Assembly: GCF_006345805.1 (NCBI RefSeq) | Contig: NW_021825249.1 | Span: forward strand, 1 to 16,095 | Direction: 5' to 3' | Origin: Octopus sinensis | Taxonomy: Eukaryota | DNA length: 16,095 nt | Part shown: positions 10,716 to 16,095 of the stretch, piece by piece | How positions within the stretch are numbered: the first letter of the stretch is position 1 | Layout: every line of letters begins with the position of its first letter | Position numbers and translations under genes: made by a program | The notes under the pieces: generated by a model | Database searches by the model: none | What the model was told of the DNA's origin: nothing | The model's input: the letters and a program-made list of their open reading frames with translations, nothing else

Positions 10716-10890
10716 GGGAGGGACAGAGTATACGTTCATACATAAGAGGCTTCGCATATTTTTATTGATCAACCATTCGACTACCTGTTTGCTAAGTGGT
10801 TAAGTGTATGTGTGTGAGTGTGTGTGTGTGTGTCTGAAGACAAATATGTGACAGCGCCCGATTATTCAACATCAAGAAATAGAAGAAGCA

Positions 10891-10995
10891 GAAGAAGAAG
10901 AAGAAGAAGAAGAAGAAGAAGAAGAAGAAGAAGAAGAAGAAGAAGAAGAAGAAGAAGAAGAAGAAGAAGAAGAAGAAGAAGAAGAAGAAGAAGAA
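10891..10995. repeat. Perfect (GAA)35
   Basis: 105 uninterrupted nt, followed by a cryptic CAA/CAG-rich stretch to about 11065. Confidence 0.98.
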
Positions 10996-11523
10996 AAAGG
11001 GCAGCAACAGCAATGGCAGCAAAGTACAACAATGTCAATGGAAGCAACAACATGAGCAATAAACACAAATAAAATAAATGAAGAAATAAGCAATATAATA
11101 GAAGCCAAGCGTATCAGCAGAAATACCACTGCCCCCCTGGCCCCACCCCCAAAAGTGCATGAAACGCATCATCGTTTTATACAGCAGCTTCTGATCCATA
11201 CAGAATGTTTTCCAGAAGAATGAATATTTCGAATCAACATCGAGTGACATCCTAACATATTCACCTGAAGCTTTCATGCTAATCTGTATCGACGAATAAC
11301 AGAATATGCTAATATACGATCAGTTCTTTTTTTTTGGTCTCCTTTTCTCGTGTCACATATTTTTGTATTAAGATTTATAATTGTATTAATTTTTTGTTGT
11401 TGCTTTGAAAATATATATATGTTTTTTTTTATTTATATAAATATGTTATGCATCCAATGATAACATTTTATATATAGACTAATCTCTGCATCTACTGATT
11501 AAAACATTGAGTAAAGGTGACTG

Positions 11524-11790
11524 TTTTGTGCTCTAGGCACAAGGCCAGAAGTTTTTTGCTGAATGGTGCCAGTCGATTAGTTCGACACCAGTACGCAACT
11601 GGTACTTTAATTTATCGACCCCGAAAGGATGAAAGGCAAAATCGACCCCGGCTCAATTTGAACTCAGAACATAAAGACAGACGAAATACCGCTAAGCATT
11701 TCACACGGAGTGCTAACGTTTTTTATTTGTTTATTGCCCACAAGGGGGTAAACATAGAGGGGACAAACAAGGGCAGACAAAGGGATTATG
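11524..11790 (-). mobile_element. Family A composite: 3' tail of one unit (11719-11790) fused to a second unit with the alternative ccttgtgcct tail (11524-11718)
   Basis: Reverse complement of 11590-11718 matches the family A body. 11719-11790 matches the tail of the 1984 and 14154 copies. 11524-11546 matches 14465-14490. Confidence 0.85.
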
Positions 11791-11822
11791 TGCATACAGC
11801 CCGCCACAGCACCTAAGGAAGT

Positions 11823-12209
11823 ACAGCACCTGAGGAGATGCAGCTTGAACTAATTGACATGCAGTCAGATCACACGCTGAAAGAAATGTTTAATTCTGTG
11901 ACATTGATAGAATTTTACAAATCTCCATTTACTGAAAAATTTCCATGTGTGAAGGAATTTGCTTGGAAAATGTTTTCTAATTTTGGGTCCACATATATTT
12001 GTGAGCAAAGGGATATCCCTTTTAACTGACATAAACTTGCAGGCAGTGATGAGGATCTCAACAAGCAACCTCACTCCTGATTTCAAAAGAATTGTAAATA
12101 AGCTCGGTCCCACTGTGTGGCACTTTAGGCAAGTGTCTTCACCTATAGCCTCGGGCCGACCAAAGCCTTCTGAATGAATTTGGTTGACGGAAACTGAAAG
12201 AGGCCCGCC

Positions 12210-12259
<50 letters not shown>

Positions 12260-12527
12260 CGTGTGCGTGTGTATGTGTATGTATACGTTTTTGTGTCTGT
12301 GTTTGTCTCCTTAACACCGCTTGACAACCGAAGTTGGTGTGTTTACGTCCACGTAACTTAGCGGTTCTGCAAAAGAGACCGATAGGTTGAGTACTGGGCT
12401 TACAAAGAATAAGACCTGGGTCGATTTTCTCGACTAAAGGCGCTGCTCCTGCATGGCCACAGCCAAATGAGTGAAAGAAGTAAATGAGTAAAAGAGTAAG
12501 TGTGACAGGTTACATTTGTCTCATTAA
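11823..12527 (+). pseudogene. hAT transposase C-terminal dimerisation-domain remnant (GTF2IRD2/EPM2AIP1-like)
   Basis: TAPEEMQLELIDMQSD..KFPCVKEFAWKMFSNFGSTYICEQ (11823-12008), then after a frameshift SLLTDINLQAVMRISTSNLTPDFKRIVNK (12016-12102), then after the SINE CDRLHLSH* (12501-12527). FGSTY.CEQ and LTD..L...RI are hallmark motifs. Confidence 0.9.
12107..12500 (+). mobile_element. 5'-truncated family B SINE inserted in the hAT transposase
   Basis: Matches the reverse complement of 5198-5600. Internal (TA)n/(TG)n. taag lies on both flanks (12099-12102, 12497-12500). Confidence 0.92.
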
Positions 12528-13834
12528 ATTACCTGTGTTGGCTTAAGAGTAATTTGCACATAAATAAATTAAATGAAACCTTTTCTGTGTACTACTATTG
12601 TTTTAGTTTTATTAATTTATTATTATTATATAATTTACTCTTCGCATTAAATGCAATTTAATGTTAATTAATGAATACGAGCAGGCATGGATCATGTATA
12701 GACTGTGCGGCCCTCCACTAACTGCGGCCCTCTCAAAATGCCCCAACCCCGAGCCAAAACAATTGTCAAACCATAGTTTATATCTTTAAACGCAGGAATT
12801 ATTGACGCAAACTTCCAAATGCAAATCACAAACATGACTAGAAACATGTAATAACTCCTGATTTGTGTGCTGTTGAGTACAGAATTAACAGTGATAAAAA
12901 TCAAAATTGGAAAAGATTTAAGCATTTGGAAATCTTAAGACCATCATATAAAAAAAAATCAGGATGTTAGTTTTATATTATTATTCTTTTTAACATTTAC
13001 TTCATGTTATCTTGTATCCACTTCAAAATCATTTCTGGCAAATGTCTATAATGGATTGCACTCTAAACAGAGACACCTACGTATTATTTACAACTTATGG
13101 AAAAGAAAACACTTTATAACATGTAAGAGAAAAGTGAACACTTTTGTCAAAGACGTTGACATCTACATGACGTTTAGTAAATAAAAGATTTAGTATTCTT
13201 TATGTTTAGAAGAATATTAGATGAAGTTCATGTCGTAAAAACCAACTGACAGTTGAATAATCAAATCTGTTCTGGGAACTGAATACAAATGCCGAGTCTT
13301 CGGGGAGTTGCAGACAATAATTGAGAAAACTATAAACTTTATGAATAAATATGTTAGAATACCAGTAAAAACGTTTAGAAAAAGAAATAGATTTCTAATT
13401 TTAAAAATGTGAAATATATTACATTTTTAAAATTCTTAGTTCAAGTGGGAGCTGAATTTCATGTGATTCGAATTATGAACAGTTTTATTGTTCAAATATG
13501 AAGATACGGTGCCATAACGATAATAATTAAGCGAACACTAATGATCAGCTAGGAAGAGGAAAGAAATATATTCATACTATATGGCATACTCGATAATCAG
13601 CCGTGATCTATTCAGTTTAAAATGGAAGACACATTTCATGAGATCTGATTAAATATGGAGAATTTGCGAAAACTGTAAAGTGATGCGTTTTCTGGTTTAT
13701 AAGTGTCGCTTCATGAATTACGTTGAGAGTCGGATAAAAGAGTGATGTAGTGAGTACTGTCACGAGTCCTAGGAGTCATCGAGTTAGTTACCCAGTTTAC
13801 AAACCGTATAAGGCTGAGAGTACAATGTTTCTAC

Positions 13835-14021
13835 TCAATGGGACATCGGACCGTGGTAGAGTTACTCATATACAACTGAGGGAATTTGAGTACAGCGAAA
13901 TAAAGTGTTTTGCTCAAAAGTCCATCACACTTTTCATCAAACGCATATTGTCCAGAGTGTCAAACCCAAGATCTTGCGATCATGTCTGTAACATCTTATC
14001 CACAAGGCCATGCGCTATCAC
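13835..14021 (-). mobile_element. Family C SINE (head plus central region), decayed
   Basis: gaaataaagtgttttgctcaaaag..caaacccaagatcttgcgatcatg..atccacaaggccatgcg matches the other family C copies. Confidence 0.7.
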
Positions 14022-14153
14022 ATAAACATTGATGTTATAAAAAGGGAAAAAACGTGATTCTGAAGGACATGTAAAGAAAATAATATCGAATGCTCATAAG
14101 ATTGAATGACGGAACGGGCTAACTATGTATGAGCGAATATCTAAAGGTGGTAA

Positions 14154-14491
14154 GGCAGCGAGCTGGCAGAATCGTTAGCACGCCGGGCGAAATACTCAGC
14201 GGTATTTCGTCTGTTTTTACGTTCTGAGTTCAAATTCCGCCGAGGTCGACTTTGCCTTTCATCCTTTCGGGGTCGATTAAATAAGTATCAGTTACGCACT
14301 GGCGTCGATATAATCGACTTAATCCGTTTGTCTATCCTTGGTTGTCCTCTCTGTGTTTAGCCCTTTGTGGGTAGTAAAGAAATAGGTATTTATTCTGCCG
14401 TTACCTTCTGAGTTCAAATTCCGCCGAGGTCGACTTGGGATCGATAAAATTAAATACTAAAAATTTCGAGCCTTGTGCCTGGAGTAGAAAA
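14154..14491 (+). mobile_element. Dimeric family A SINE (full unit 14154-14384 plus deleted second unit 14385-14491) with long target-site duplication
   Basis: Unit 1 is collinear with 1984-2211. Unit 2 repeats ggtatt..ttctgagttcaaattccgccgaggtcgactt and ends ccttgtgcctggagtagaaaa. Flanking repeat is 21/23 identical (14135-14157, 14492-14514). Confidence 0.92.
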
Positions 14492-14743
14492 GAATATTTA
14501 AGGGTGGTAAGGCAAAATACATATCTAATTTTCACGTTTGATTTCAGTTCCAATTGTTCCTTTGCGAAAGGCCACTTTAAACTGAATCTTGAGCGGAATC
14601 TTAAACCGAATTTTATTCTGAGAGTTCAGCTTACTCCCAGGCATTGCAGCCAGTGCTAACTGCACATCTCCACACATATCTTATTAGATGAATAATAGCA
14701 TGTAAATATTTCGTGTAAAAGAGCGAAAAGATAGAAAAATGAT

Positions 14744-14995
14744 CGTATTACAATGGATATGCATAATGGATATACGTATACATAAATAGTATTACGATGA
14801 ATATACATCATGGATATAGGTAGATATAAATCTTATTACAATGGAAGTATATAATGGATATACGTTTATATAAATCGTATTAAGATGGATTTACATAATG
14901 GATATACGTGTACATAAATCGTATTGCGAATAGATATACATGTACATAAATCGTATTACCATGGATATACGTAATGGATAAATGTATATATAAAT
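14744..14995. repeat. 44-bp minisatellite, five full units plus one 32-bp unit
   Basis: Units start at 14744, 14788, 14832, 14876, 14920 (short) and 14952. Consensus approximately CGTATTACAATGGATATACATAATGGATATACGTATACATAAAT. Confidence 0.95.
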
Positions 14996-15002
14996 ATATA
15001 TT

Positions 15003-15056
15003 TAATCTTTTACTTGTTTCAGTCCTTTGACTAGTGCCATGCTGGAGCACAGCCAT
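15003..15056 (-). mobile_element. Family B SINE 3' tail fragment
   Basis: cttttacttgtttcagtc.ttgact.gtgccatgctggagcacagcc matches 5198-5253. Confidence 0.75.
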
Positions 15057-15250
15057 TTAGTAGAAGATATCGCCACACACACACGCACACACGCATACAC
15101 ACACATATATGAGTATTATACGTAGCAAATTCAACATGACTGTTCGATCGAACGGACTCTAGTGGGAATGTTAACCCCAAGAGGATATCTCCTGTAGCTG
15201 GTTAACGATGTACAACTGCTTCCGATAAATTGCGAGCAGTCATGCTCGAC

Positions 15251-15408
15251 TGTGGCTGTGTGGTAGGAACCATGTTTAGCAAGCATAAGGTTCCGCTTTC
15301 AGTCCCAATGCATGACACCCTGGGTAAGTGTCATATAGTATAGCCTCAGGTCATCTAGTATAGCCCTCTGAGTGGATTTGGTAAACGGAACCTGAAAGAA
15401 GCCCGCAT
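15251..15408 (+). mobile_element. Family B SINE head and core, 3'-truncated
   Basis: gtggctgtgtggtag..ggttcc..tcagtcccaatgc..tgggtaagtgtc..tatagcctc..gagtggatttggtaaacggaacctgaaagaagcccg. Confidence 0.85.
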
Positions 15409-15430
15409 ATATAAGTATTGAATATATAAG

Positions 15431-15677
15431 AATTTGGATAAGGTTTTGATAGAAAAAATTATTCCGACGATGCTGTAAAACAGGCCTTCCAAGATTTCAT
15501 TGACTCTAGATTGCCAGGCTTTTAGAGTTCCGGACTGGACAAGGTACCACTGAAATGGCAAAAGTGTATTGACAATATGGTTGCATACTTTCATGAATAA
15601 AACTATTCCTTGTATTTATATAAAACATTAGCAAACTTTTTTTCTTTTCTACATACTTCATACTTGACGACCTCATA
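15431..15677 (+). mobile_element. 3' end of a mariner (Tc1/mariner) transposon: transposase C-terminus, 3' UTR and probable right TIR followed by TA
   Basis: NLDKVLIEK then frameshift to YSDDAVKQAFQDFIDSRLPGF*SSGLDKVPLKWQKCIDNMVAYFHE* (stop 15598-15600). This matches the mariner ending LD..L..K.F.S...V......F.S....FY..GI..L..RWQKC....G.YF. End sequence tacttgacgacctca|ta. Not in the ORF track. Confidence 0.85.
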
Positions 15678-15969
15678 CGTGAAACAGACTAATTACTATA
15701 GCAACACCAGCTAATGCGTGTCACCTTCATCATTTTTCATTCTCCCACCACCACCCATGCAATGACTTTTCCATCTTTCGTTTTTCAAAATGTGCTGAAG
15801 AGGTGTTTATATCACTGATATACAGAAATAAAAGCTAAAACGGCGCCTTTGTTTAGTTCTCTCTTCTTTTTGTACATTATTTCTACTTTCTCGGATTCTC
15901 TTAAACAACAAATCACAATAAAGTAATACCACAGAATGCAAAACAAAAAGTACACAATTATATATACCT

Positions 15970-16095
15970 TCTGTATGTATGTATGAATGTATGTATGTAC
16001 GTATGTATGTATGCATGTATGTATTTATGTATGTATGTATGTATGTATGTATGTATGTATGTATATATGTATGTATATATGTATGCAAGTATGTA
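15970..16095. repeat. (ATGT)n tetranucleotide repeat running off the window
   Basis: Seen directly. Confidence 0.95.

Larger units (their letters stand above)
11803..12776 (+). mobile_element. 3' part of a hAT (Buster/SPIN/Charlie-like) DNA transposon, interrupted by a SINE
   Basis: Transposase remnant, subterminal tgcggccctc repeats (12706-12715, 12723-12732) and a decayed terminal motif aattgtcaaaccatag (about 12761-12776) resembling hAT ..ttg.ccacccctg ends. Confidence 0.75.

Noticed and set aside
14744-14995. CRISPR-like array
   Set aside because: Contiguous tandem units without unique spacers, in a eukaryotic context with no cas genes.
15355-15594. 79-aa minus-strand ORF
   Set aside because: Antisense shadow of the mariner remnant plus SINE sequence.

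Overview
AT-rich, non-coding eukaryotic DNA packed with microsatellites and transposon debris. The SINE sequences and repeat landscape look like a cephalopod (Octopus) genome; this is recognition from memory, not a database search. No protein-coding gene can be supported, and most ORFs in the supplied track are translations of microsatellites or SINEs. Supportable content: three tRNA-derived SINE families (working labels A, B, C; about 11 copies or fragments), decayed C-terminal pieces of a hAT (Buster/SPIN/GTF2IRD2-like) transposase and a mariner transposase, the 3' end of an RTE-clade LINE, a 44-bp minisatellite and many simple repeats. The most unusual signal is a 150-170 bp repeat (family P), present once at 1107-1258 and as a tandem dimer at 9969-10300. 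Each unit carries a minimal hammerhead-ribozyme-like motif on the minus strand with a shared non-canonical core (CUG-U-N-GA), resembling Penelope-like elements or retrozymes. One unexplained 324-nt candidate exon lies at 3552-3875.
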